Shown: piece by piece, positions 1 to 13,100 of the stretch
Layout: the number at the start of each line of letters is the position of its first letter
Numbering within the stretch: position 1 is the first letter of the stretch
NCBI RefSeq assembly: GCF_964355755.1
Contig: NC_092677.1
Location: 19,738,101 to 19,802,100, forward strand
Length of the DNA stretch: 64,000 nt
From: Antedon mediterranea
Lineage: Eukaryota > Animalia > Echinodermata
Reading direction: 5' to 3'
The notes under the pieces: model-generated
Told to the model about the DNA's origin: nothing
What the model saw: the letters and a program-made list of their open reading frames with translations, nothing else
Database searches by the model: none
Program-made: the position numbers and the translations under genes

Positions 1-750
1 TTCAGTGAGATGGTATTAGGAAGTTGGTACAGTTCAGTGAGGTGATATTAGGAAGTTGGTCCAGTTCAGTGAGGTGATGTTAGGAAGTTGGTCCAGTTCA
101 GTGAGGTGATATTATGAAGTTGGTCCAGTTCAGTGAGGTGATATTAGGAAGTTAGTCCAGTTCAGTGAGGTGATGTTAGGAAGTTGGTCCAGTTCAGTGA
201 GGTGATGTTAGGAAGTTGGTCCAGTTCAGTGAGGTGATGTTAGGAAGTTGGTCCAGTTCAGTGAGGTGATATTAGGAAGTTAGTCCAGTGAAGGTGATGT
301 TAGGAAGTTGGTCCAGTTCAGTGAAGGTGATATTAGGAAGTTGGTCCAGTTCAGTGAGGTGATGTTAGGAAGTTGGTCCAGTTCAGTGAGGTGATAATAG
401 GAAGTTGGTCCAGTTCAGTGAGGTGATAATAGGAAGTTGGTCCAGTTCAGTGAGGTGATATTAGGAAGTTGGTCCAGTTCAGTGAGGTGATATTAGGAAG
501 TTGGTCCAGTACAGTGAGGTGATGTTAGGAAGTTGGTCCAGTTCAGTGAGGTGATGTTAGAAAGTTGGTCCAGTTCAGTGAGGTGATGTTAGGAAGTTGG
601 TCCAGTTCAGTGAGGTGATATTAGGAACTTGGTCCAGTTCAGTGAGGCGATATTAGGAACTTGGTCCAGTTGAGTGAGGTGATGTTAGGAAGTTGGTCCA
701 GTTCAGTGAGGTGATGTTAGGAAGTTGGTCCAGTTCAGTGAGGTGATGTT
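1..750. repeat. 32-bp tandem minisatellite (TTCAGTGAGGTGATGTTAGGAAGTTGGTCCAG), about 23 copies, running off the left edge; inside an NSUN2 intron
   Basis: Unit recurs at 1, 33, 65 and onward with few substitutions. Confidence 0.97.
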
Positions 751-1081
751 TTGTAATAATGTGACAACACAATGTTTATTTTCACTAATTTACAATGTGG
801 CCCTTGGCTGGTCATGGCTATCAGTAATTGGATTTTCATCTCTTTTGTCATAGTTCAGCAGCTACCAAAAAATGAATATATACGTATAAATAGCATGCTT
901 TCTTCACACACGTACCCTCTAGTGAGTGCTCACAGTTTATATATCATGTCATAGGAAACATACATCCAATTTTGTCCACATACGTCATCATACATGTTAC
1001 ATGTGTTAACGAGTAATAAGTTTATTTATTATACACCAGGAAAATCAATTTAATTGTTACATGTACTGTATTTAATTGTAG

Positions 1082-1197
1082 GTTCTTGTTGATGGGAAGG
1101 AAATACATACACTTAATGAGGTGCCTGAAAATGAGACTCGTTATCGTACTACTATGTGGCCTCCTGAGAATGTTGATAAACTGAATCTTCAAAGATG
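1082..1197 (+). CDS. NSUN2: NSUN2 exon (VLVDGKEIHTLNEVPENETRYRTTMWPPENVDKLNLQR)
   Basis: tgtag| acceptor and |gtatgg donor; phase joins the 2009 exon to form a Cys codon. Confidence 0.85.
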
Positions 1198-4100
1198 GTA
1201 TGGTATATGGTATCAAAATACCCATTCCCAAACTGCATTTTAATTAAATTTAAGTACTATATTGGCCTATTGTAATACTTTTCTTCATTTATTTAAACGG
1301 TAAAAATGTGAAATATAAGTTATTTGTAGTGATTTTAGCAACCTGCTATAAATCGTAGAATGTATCGCGCGCGGACTGATATATTCATTTTTTTCTGTGA
1401 TGCGCCCACTTTTGATCGATTGTGAAGGTGAAACAAATGGAAGAACCGGGTCCTTCCCAATTTGTATTTGTATTATTCTGCTAAAAAGGAAAAGACAATT
1501 AATACAGCAACTAGATAACGCCAAGCTAAGCCTAAATATAGCCTACAAATGTTCATACATTACCTACAAAACTAAGCCTTGCTAAGCTACTTAGGGACTG
1601 TATTGTTTTTCTCTTTTTTTTGTAATTAACCATAAAACATACATTTAAGATGTTGTCTAATGTTTTTAAAGTAATATAATATGCATTATATTTACAAATC
1701 TTAAAAATTGTAGGGAATGGAGCTTTAAGAAATTTTAGCAAATTGCTCTTTATACTGGGTAACTCTATAGGTAATTGTGAATTAACTGGTAATATCGTAA
1801 ATAAAAAAATGTACCTATGTGTAGTATAATAATGTGCACATTGTGATCGTTCAATTGATATGTGCTGTATGTATCACAGATTAATTATTACTGAACTGCA
1901 ATGACGTTAAGTCTAAAAATTGTAAACAAAGATGATTTCACTATTTTTTGTATGCAAAACGTTAAGTTAATTTATTTTCTGTAAGTGCATTATTTTTGTT
2001 CTACACAGTATCCGAATGCTACCACATCATGAGGATTCTGGAGGTTTTTTCGTTGCTGTAATAGAAAAGACTGACCACCTTCCATGGTCCAAGTTAGGAA
2101 GGGCTAAAAAAGGTACATAGAAAGGCATTTTTTTCACATATATATTTCTAAAATGTTAAAAGAACACAAATGAATATAACCTAGTGATAAACCCATCAGG
2201 TGATACAAACTATCAAAACATGGAAGTATAGCTCTGTGAAACATTGCAAAGATAAATATATATCTGTGCATGTGGTGGTGTCTGCAGCATTACCATGATG
2301 CCACACACCTCAAACATTATTGTTTATTGAAATTTGTGTAGCAAAAAGGACATTTCAATTAATAACTAGATTTAAGTCGTCACTATGACGAATTTAAAGA
2401 TATTGATTGATTGATTTTGTCAGAATTTTAAATTATTTTTGATTATGAAGGATAGGATCTTGCTAACCCAAATACAATAACCGATATTAAAATCCAATCA
2501 AAGATCCCTCTGCGTATGTCATAAACCACCCTTGTTACATAATAATTAAAGACATTAAAGTTACTTTTTCTCTAGATTTTATTATAAAATCATGCGTATA
2601 ATCTATACACTAAGAAATAAAATTGAACAAACAATCCAAATATAAAAAATAAAATCTTGTTTTGTTTCATTTCCCAAGGTGAGACTCGATCTCGGTACCT
2701 TGAATGCTATGGACGTGAGCACATACCACCAAGCCATACATAACTGATTAAAAGTTGTAGAAAGATTCCTCCGTGTATTTACTATGCAGTAATCACTTTG
2801 GTGCAGATTATTACATACTGCAATGAATCATAATTTTTTATTTTTTACTATGACAACATCTTTAAACATTAGTTTCTTATTTTAGTCCAAGAAAATGTCA
2901 TAGTTTGTTCGATTGTCGAAATTAAAATTGTTTTATTTAATATGCAATTAATGATGACGTAATCAACTTGTTTTCTCTTAATTTCATAATAAATCATACA
3001 TATGATACATACACAATTCAATGGATATCAAATGATTTTTTTTCGCTGTAATGGTTAAATCAGCCTGGTGGCTAATGGTGATCTTAAATTAGTATGGGCA
3101 AATATTATTTATATTGCCTTAATTACGCTACCTTTCATTATAAGCAAACTAGGGTAATTAAAAGTTAGGCCATCCACAGCCTATCTGTTCTGCCTTGTTT
3201 ACTTTTGGTCAAATGTGTTGCACATTGCTATTGCAGCACAATACTACACAATCAATTACAGTTTTGGCCGCTGTACAGCTACTGTATGTTAGTAAACAAG
3301 CTTATTGAAGTACTTCTGTATACACCACAACTTGATAGTTACATTGTATACTTGCTTGATAACTCCTCCATGTATTTAAACCATCAGCAAAGTTTTTAAA
3401 TTGACTTTTAAATCAGATAATCTACGATATATTACAATACCTATGAATTAAATTGTCCGACAGTTCATCTTATGTCAAGGCTAGGCTTAAAATTAACGTT
3501 CTGAAAAATGGTATAGTCTGTTACAGGGATTAATATATACAGAAGAGTAAATAATAATATAAATAAATACTAAAACAGGAGAATTTATTATCGCCTGAAA
3601 ATGGTCTACACTGATTTTTTTTTTAGGTAAATTCTCTATTTTTTACCAGCCTTACTGTTCAGTCAGGTATTTACCCTTATTTAAGAAAACTCGAACGTAT
3701 TTCAAATGCAGCTTCTCCATTTTACAAATGCTCTTATTTATCTTAGAAGAAACACATTCACAAGCAGAAGATGCAGACAATAAATCTGAGGCCTCACAAA
3801 TAAAAAAAATGGAAACTGATTGTGGTAGAGACAAGACTGATATTCCAGATAAAAAAAGAGAAGTTGATGATCATTCTGAAGCTGAAATGGTGTAAGTAAT
3901 GAAGAATACATTTTTTTTTATTAGGATGCAGCATGAATCAGACCTAAAAGGGATCGCGCTGACACTCCTCTGCGCTCCTAAAAACGATCTGAGGAGAGCA
4001 AAATATACCACTCCTTAATTTTTCCAGACAAAAAGTACATGAATAGAAATTTTCCACAACGGCGAATATAAATAGAATTTTTCAACAATGAAAGAGGCAC

Positions 4101-7100
4101 CGGTGAACTAGCTATACTTCTAATTATAGTAGCAACGCTGTGTTGATCGTACTAAGTATGCCGACAGAAATCCCTATACTGTACGTAACCGTGCCTATTT
4201 GTTGGACACATGCCAAGAAACACAGCTTAATAAGAGGATGATGAAAGGCATCTCTCTCGCATGCTTTTTCTTCCTCCTAGGGAGCTTGAGAATATCGGTG
4301 GTGTTGTGTGGGGTCGGTTTTTAAAATCAGACCAGTAGGAGGCTGCCAGCTACTCTTTTTAGCTAGCTTAAGGGGTAAACAGACGATCGGGGCCATCATA
4401 GAGATGATCAAGCTCATTTTTTTATGGGCCCTATCGTCTTATATGTTTGGCCCGATTGTCTGAGGCGTTGATCCCGATAGTCTCAATCGTTAGGCCCGAT
4501 AGTCTTAACATTGGGCCCAATAGTCTTAACATTGGGCCCAATAGTCTTAACATTGGGCCAGATAGTCTTAACATTGGGCCCAATAGTCTTAACATTGGGC
4601 CCAATAGTCTTAACATTGGGCCCAATAGTCTTAACATTGGGCCCAATAGTCTTAACATTGGGCCCAATAGTCTTAACATTGGGCCCAATAGTCTTAACAT
4701 TGGGCCCAATAGTCTTAACATTGGGCCCAATAGTCTTAACATTGGGCCCAATAGTCTTAACATTGGGCCGAATAGTCTTAACATTGGGCCCAATAGTCTT
4801 AACATTGGGCCCAATAGCCAAGTGTATCCCCTTCCAATATTGTTTATAATTGAGTTCTCGGCATACATACCGATTGGATGAAGTGAAATATTGTGTTGTT
4901 ACAGTAACCAAAGTATTGATCGTATGTAGGCCTATGTAAGACCCACTCTGACCAGGGAGGTAGCAATGATTCCCGTATTCGATTTGGACTTTTACAGTTG
5001 GACTTTTTCCTTGATTTACCTTTCCGTTAAGTAATTAATTAACGAAGTATTTGAGCGTTGAGATTGTTCTTAATGAAAAAGGTTGCGTTTTGTTAATATT
5101 TTCTACAGTTTTATATATTTTTATCCTTATCACCTGATTACATATATTCGATCCGTCTGTGAGTCGACCGTCTGGACGTGTCTATTCCGTTTCCTAATAG
5201 CTCTGCCCGAAAACGCTCATAACTAAGCATGAAAATTCCGCCGCTATTGTAGTGGTGGTTTTGGGATTGTTTTTTACTATCCTAAACATTGTCTATGTGC
5301 AGTAGTATTCCTTTAAATTTACTAAAATGATCACAATGATGAAAATGTAGTAGACCTCGCTTTTGAAACTCTATGACATGGATGGGCAACAGGTTTTCCA
5401 AGTACATGGTTTTTCATGATGTCTGTCATAAGTTCATGTAGGTGCTGTTGGAACACTCAGGCCACAATATCTGGTTGATCTTGTGCTTGTTGGCCTCTGG
5501 AAAAAGTAAGAAATATGTCTGGTTTTCCAAATTTTCTTGATAATTTTTTGGCATGGTGCGTGGTGATGCTTTAAAAGAAGATGGTCGCAAAATGATTTTG
5601 CCGGGTTGTATATTTTGTATTTCAGCCTGATTATTTATGTGGTCCTTCCTTCATACAGTTCAACACGCAAATCTTTCTTTTCTGTTTGTATATAATGCAA
5701 TCTGCTGGCTTCTATGCGTACGTATGCATCAACTATATATTGTTGGAAAAGCTTTCCAGCGTAGAAAATTGGAGAGAATGATTGTCGAATTGACAGGCGA
5801 AGGGCATAATATTGAATGCATGATGTAATTTTGTGTCTTTTTTCTGATCTATGATGTTTATCATGTTGCATGTCATGTTGCCAACCCAATTGTTATTTGT
5901 CTTTTTGTTAGTTACCGTAGTTCATTTTTATACTGGGTGACCTCTTCAGTCAAAGACTGATATCCCAACGGTTCCACTGTCTTAACCACTCGGCCACTCA
6001 CTCACTCACTCCAAACGGATACAATATGGGGTAAACCATGGGGTCAATGTTTGACGACATTTAAGAGATATGTTGGTCGGGTTGGTTTTTAGGATGGAAA
6101 AAACAATGTCTCGGTTATGTGAAGGTGCACCGTTTGGTGATGCAAAGATAACCGCTATTTCATCTTGTGTTGAATCATTATATCAGCGTTGTTCACCACC
6201 TTTTAATATGTACATGGTAACAACAGGAGGTGGTGTTCCATTTTGATGTGATATACGACATTGTTGGGCTTCGACTTCTTGCGTATGTTTGTCTTAAAGA
6301 CATTTTGAAGTGACATGACATCAGGAAGGCATTCTTGATTGGCAGGTTGTTGCATCCTGGCTTGAAGAGCTTGGCTTGATTCTAAAGTGTACAGTTGGCT
6401 ATAGGACGGCATAATGAAGTGAGCCAGACCTGTGGTACACTTGACCATGAAGTCTGAATGCATATGGCCCACAGCATGTTGGTGTTACAATGCTGGTTGC
6501 GGATATTGGCTTTAAAGTGTCGAGTGGTGGGTCTGTTGTATAGGTTTTTTAAGTTTGAGTGGGTATGGGTTCACTGGTGGTAATTTAACTTTGCCTTTGT
6601 GGCAACAATTGTGGTTTTCTTTTTGGAACTGAAGTGTATTGCAGAATGGACATTTTGTAGTTACTTTTCCAATGGAAAAAGGGTCGACGTTCGATGGGAA
6701 TTGTCGGGCAATGAACTGATCTATGTGTGAAGTATGCAACTGATGATAACAGGCAATGTGTGTTGCACGATGTGTCAATCTGCTGGTACATTGTTCTTCA
6801 GTTTCTGTATTGGCTATATGTATCCGTTTTAGATTGGCACTTTGTTGCGAGGGAGTTCTAGAACTGGTGACGTTTAGACATGATGCCACTATCCTGCTTA
6901 GTTTTCTTTGGAGTATGAACTAATTTGAGTTGGCCGTCTGGTGGCAAATGAAGTTAATATACAGGTAGAAAGTTTACCATATTACTTTGGTTGGTATATT
7001 CGCCGTTTTAATATACTTGGTGGGTGTAGTATGCATACATGAGGTTTCAGATACTCTTTTTAGAATTTTTGTAGTCATCCGTGAGTTGTTTTTTAAAGTG

Positions 7101-10100
7101 ACAGTTCGTTGGCGACATTTTCTCTAAAGTCGTTGAAAACTTTGTAGCTGTGCATGTTGTTGCCGGTACAATTTTCACTTACTATGCAAGTTCTCTTCTG
7201 GCCATGTGCCGAAGTTGCTGTAGTTTCGTAACGATGTGTGTAGCCTGACAATGGGCAGGTTTTTTATTAGATGACATCTGAAAAATGATATGTGTATATT
7301 ATATAAATAAGCACGGTCATGAACCAGATACGGTAGGGTCTAATCTTAATTGCCGAATTTCTAAAGACAAATAATTCACATTTTAATTGCAGTCCTTCAG
7401 ATCATGTGTTCACGTGCAGCGCAAAACTATTTTATTTATATTTTTAATATATTATTAAACAAATGCAGTTTGGTAGAATTTAAATAAATTATATATGAGA
7501 CTTAACTGTAATCAACTAAAGCGTATGTAACAACCAAGTATAATTGTGAGTCCATCAAAGTGTGTTCACGCGTGCAGCGTAATATATTTGATTTTTAAAA
7601 TTTACTATACCTCAAAAATACTGTCTAAATATTAAAAGTTTTTTAAAGGTTTTGCAAAACAAATAAAATGGAGTTTTTGTAGATCTGTTTTAAAAAAGAC
7701 AAAAATTTCAATAAATCATAATTATAAAAGATTTATTTGTGAACATCTATTTAGACCAAAATTAATTTTACACCTGTTTATCGTGGTTAAAATTTGCACA
7801 ATACTATACCTATTTGTAGTCATAAAACTGTATATACAAAATTGCCATTGATCTTCTTCGTTTTATCACAATATAACTCTACTCAGACTGTAGGTGTGTA
7901 TTAATGCCTAAATGCAGTTCAGCGCCAATTAGCAATACATTTTAATCACCATGTGACGGTTAAATAATGAATAGATTTTAAAAATCGCGAGCAGTATATA
8001 TGGAGTCTATCAAATCATGTGACCATGCGCAGTGGAGAATATTTGCGGCCGGACAGGTGGCGTTTAAAAATCGCGGGCAGTATATGGAGCCAATCAGATC
8101 ATGCGATCACAAGCAGTGCAAAATATTTGCGGCTGGACAGGTGTGCATTTAAGCGAGTGACTGCAAGCGGTTGTTGTAAATGAAATTGGTATGAAAAACT
8201 GAAATTGAAAGTAATTGATAGAGTTTTTAAAAACTTTATTTTGTTAAATATAACAATGTGTACAAATACCTTTTTACCATATGATTCCCTAAATCGACCC
8301 CAACCCCCTCCCCCTCACCTAACACACATTTGGATTCGTTTTATTTGTGTGTTTTTTGTGTTTTTTTGTTCATTTACATTTTTTTTTTCATGGTTTTTTT
8401 TATATTTGGAATTTTTTTTTGTGTGAGGTTTCGTATCTTTTTTGCTAGTTTTGTAATTACATTGCGGTCTATTTTTTATTTTTAGCTTTAACCGCTGATA
8501 CTTAATTATTAGATATGTCGCGGATTGAATTCAAACGTACTAAGCATTGATATCACTGAGCCAGTGTTTATCCTTAAAATTCAAGAAAGTGACTCAGCCT
8601 ATTGTTTGCGGCCCATCAATAAACATCAGTGTGCCAAATGTGAGCACGTACTGTTCAGTGGTTTTGAAGGAGATACGTAAAATATGTGAAAAATGTCACT
8701 GTACACTGACCATCATACGACCGTCACACAACCGTCTATAGTACCGTCATAGTACCGTCACACAACCGTCTATTAGTAGCGTCACACTACCGTCTATAGT
8801 ACCGTTTACACTAACAGTTACATCATTGTCATCTACGGTCGATATCTTTACATGTTTCAATGTTCTAGAAATAAAATGCAAAAATGATCGACTTTTTCTT
8901 GTTCTTACAGATTTCCTCATCTTTATGGTTTCAAATTAATTATTATTTTTCAATATATCACCGGGTGGTTTTAAAATTTATTCTGTGCTGTTAACTTATA
9001 TCTAATAAATATATATTCTTTTTCTCTCAATTTGCCAGAGTCCACTAGTAATTTTTATTGCATATATTCTTAGTTTATTATGGACTAGCAATTATATCCG
9101 CCCCAGACCGGGTTTCAAAATTAGTTTAAAGCCTTCTCAGTGCATAACCCCAGATGCTAGTATCTCCCTATACTCATCAAAATCCCCACTATCCACTCAA
9201 CCCAAACTCCCACATCCTATCTCCCCACCCCCTCTCCCACCAAATCCACAGACTTTTTGAAATGTAGTTTAAAACCTTCCCGGTACAATTACAATCATTT
9301 TGATACCTCATATGTATGGTTACGCAGTAACAACAATTTGTATAACGAACAAACAAACACAAACGTACAAACTTTCTCACTTCTAATATAGATAACATGT
9401 CTTTCTGTCTACTGGTGTTGTTTTTGTCTTGTACATGACAGAATAACAATTTAGCATTGTGCAGACTTTCAGGTTCTCAATTTTAAGATAGGCTTCCTAT
9501 TTCTTTTTTGTTTTTAGGTCACGTGTATTATTCTACATAATGATAATAGTAATTAAATTTTTTTTTCAGACCGAAATGTAAGAAAATGAAATATCAAAAT
9601 GTGTATAAAGAAGATCCATTTGTATTCTTTAAAGATGATGTTGAAATTTGGCCTTCAATTCAGTAAGTATGTGTTTGTTTATATAATAGAAGTAGTGAAA
9701 ATTAAGAAATATATGATAAACCTCTCTTGACACTAAGAGCCTGCTTTACAATTTACACATGTAATTTTGTTGCGTGTGGTGTAAATTTTGCGATAAACCA
9801 GCTCAAACTCATTAGGTTTATTTTTCATTTAAAAATGCTCATGGTGACAATTATATTTGGCTATTACATCATGTTTGTATTCCTTCGGTTATTTATGTCA
9901 TAGTTCCTGTATTCAAGAACCATCTGGGCCATTCCAAGAGTGTACATATACATTAATGTAATGCGATGTATGTTTTTATAAGACGTAAAGTTTTATTCAG
10001 ATTCGTATCGACAAATTTCAGTAAATCATGCGTAACCTTTTTTCAATGGTTTAGAAGGTGGGTTCATATTTTCCATATTAAATTGTACCAGCAATAAAAC

Positions 10101-13100
10101 CATTAGGCCTACTAATTAAGTTAGGTAATTATTTATTGATGATTGAAACGAATTTAGGTTAAATGATATGCCCCGAATAGAGGTGTTTTTCACAAACTGT
10201 TTTACATTATAAATGTGCATTGCTTATACAAAAGTTTAAAATATGCAGTTGTAAATCATAATAATGTACATATCTCTATAAAATTATCATGGTTACTGTT
10301 GCAACTAATTAAAACTACCAACCTTGAAATTTAGAAATTGAAATTTTTTTCTTTTTTTGTACTAGATCACATAGAATGCATCTTGCTCATCCTTACCCCA
10401 TTTACTCCCTAATCTATCAGATTATCTTTTGGATGTGTTACAAATATTTTAATTTTCAATGTCTGAAAAATGTGGGTCTCTTAATTTCATCTATACAGCA
10501 TAAATCTGTTACAGTTCATCATCGAAAAGTGTCCATCATGATTAAAAATTATGGTTCATTTCGCTATTACATGCCCAAATTTATTCAAAATCATTTAGAT
10601 GCACAGAGATATAATCAATTGTTATATAGTGTAGAAAAATTATTTTTAAAATGTTGATATTCTTGAAATATTAATCAGTATGCTGCATAAATAGAATTTC
10701 CATAAAGATATTTTAAATGTTCCCAATGATAAAAATCATTTGTTAAATTTGTCTTTTATAAGTGAAAATATAATTATTTTTGTTATAACTTTAATCAAAA
10801 TAGCCTATTCAAAGTCCGATTTTATTAATTTTAATATTTCATGTTTTTGGGGACAATACATATTTATTATATCTCCTTTTTGTATCGAATAGGTCTTTTT
10901 ATGGCGTCATCGATGAATTTCCTCTGAATCAGATGTTTACACGCTGTTACGTAGGCAAGAAAAGAAATTTGTACATGGTTAATTCTGCTGTTTGTCAGAT
11001 AGTGAAATTGTGTGAGGGAAAATTAAAGGTGAATAACTTTTATCTTGGGAAAACTACAGGTCCGATTTTAAAACCAAGGTATTTTTATAAAGAAAGATTA
11101 AAAAGTTTAAAATAAAAAAGAAAACCCCTCCAATTTGTTTATATGTTGTAGTTGACACTTGGAGCTATATATTTTGTAATAATTTTCTTTGTTTTTTAAA
11201 ATTGGAACTTTATTTCCAGAAACATAGCTATTTGAAATGTGGGGCCTCACCATCTTTTGGACAAAACCGCTAGTCCGATGCATTTAAATTTCTGGCTCAA
11301 CTGGCTAAAAATTATTAATTTAAATTTAAAAATGCATTTTTGTCTTTGTGAACTGAGATGGAATGACCCAAATCTGTATTTTTCTGTTCTTATATTTTGA
11401 ACAAAAATTCATACACAATCAATGATTAGAACATCTTTAAAGCACATATAACAATTATCCTTATGGGAACTTATTACAGATCGGACATGACCAAATGTTG
11501 CACTATTTGAAATGGCTTTTGAAGTGTTCTTTTTATTTTGTATTTAAATAATAAGGTTATTAATTGTGGTGTTAAAGTGTGGTCAAGAAGTGATGCCAAA
11601 GGAGTGGAATGTGACTTCAGATTAGCTCAAGATGTAAGTTTTTCAATATTATATAATATAATAAAAATCTAATTTCCATATATGGGAGAATGAGAAATTC
11701 TAACTTAAAGTGAACCTCCACTCAGACTTTCTCAGCTTATATTTTGTTTAAGTACAGTACTGACTACAAATCATGTACCATAACCCGCGTTTGTCGCGCG
11801 TGTAAAATATGTGTAATTGCCGCGTGCCTGTATTTGCCGTGTGGACCATGACGTCATCACTTTGTAACTTTTTACTGGTAAAATATGGAACTCCCGGTAC
11901 GACGCCCGCGACAACACACACGTGGGTATCAGTTTGTTTTGTTTCTATTGTTTAGGCCTCTACCATCATATTTAGGTAATCTGAACCCGCCCGTTACTGT
12001 ATGTAACAAAGTTTATTTTTTCTCTATTGTTTAGGCAAACAATAAATAAGAAAGTTTATAGAATTGATTCATGTAAATTGTTTTTCATCGGGGTTTTGTT
12101 TAGAGTTCACGTCGTATTATTTTATATAATGTGAGGCGTACAGTGAGAAGTGTACAAGGTGACCGTGTACAACAGGGAGGCTAGAATAGAGAGCTACTGT
12201 ACCTAAGCCCCCCCACAAAAAAAAACATATTTAGCGATCTTTAATAGCTCAATAAATAGCCTAATAATAGTAAAATTATAAAATGATGTTTCCTTGTATT
12301 TTCGTAACCGTAAGCCAAATATTTAAATTAAAATACAGCGCTAGTGTTTTAGGCCAAGTACAGTATTCGCTCAAATAACTGTGACTGTGAATGGGTTTTC
12401 CGCCGCTCGGTGTAGAAAGTACAATTATTACGTTCTTCTAACACGTTTATTACATGTCTTTTAGTATATTTCTATCTAACATGTCTGCATTGTATACTTG
12501 CTTTATACATTCTCTGCTTATGAAACGACTTAATAAGTTGCTAAATTGACGTTTAAAGCAGATATTTGTCTGACATCAGCCCATGTTTATAATGAAAACA
12601 AAACAAGGTTCCGAAAATGGTACAGTCCAAAATGAGGTGTGCAATTAAATAATATCAACGTAAACATATGCGCACGGTATCGGGGCTGTAATTATAAGAG
12701 AACTGATTTCCCCTGGACGGGAAATGGTAAAAACTTGTACAGTATTTATTCGACCTCGCTTCTCTCTCGCTCTGGCTGTGTGCGGAGGAGAATCGCTCCA
12801 ACGTGGTTTCGTGGAGCGATTAATGGTCCAGTCCGTAACGGGGGTGTACATTAGTTACCGCGCTAAATACATGCATGTCAATACTGGCGTTGTAATACTA
12901 TATAAATGTTTTCCTCCCCGACGGGGAATGGTAAAACCTTTATGTTATTATTTGGCCTAGCAATTACTGTGTGTACTCAAAGAATATATATCACAAGAAT
13001 GAGTATTCCGCGATTTTTGCATGAGAAATTTGTAACAGAGAGCTCCAGTGAGTGATGCCCGCCCTCATAAGGGCGGATGTATACATACTAAATAAGACTT

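Noticed and set aside
1-750. CRISPR-like array
   Set aside because: Head-to-tail 32-bp units with no unique spacers, no cas genes, and a eukaryotic intron context.
4431-4911. Four overlapping repetitive ORFs as genes
   Set aside because: By-product of a stop-free 21-bp minisatellite; no splice or domain support.
5965-6010. tRNA gene
   Set aside because: Only an A-box-like 5' half is present, with no T-arm or acceptor stem; likely a SINE fragment.
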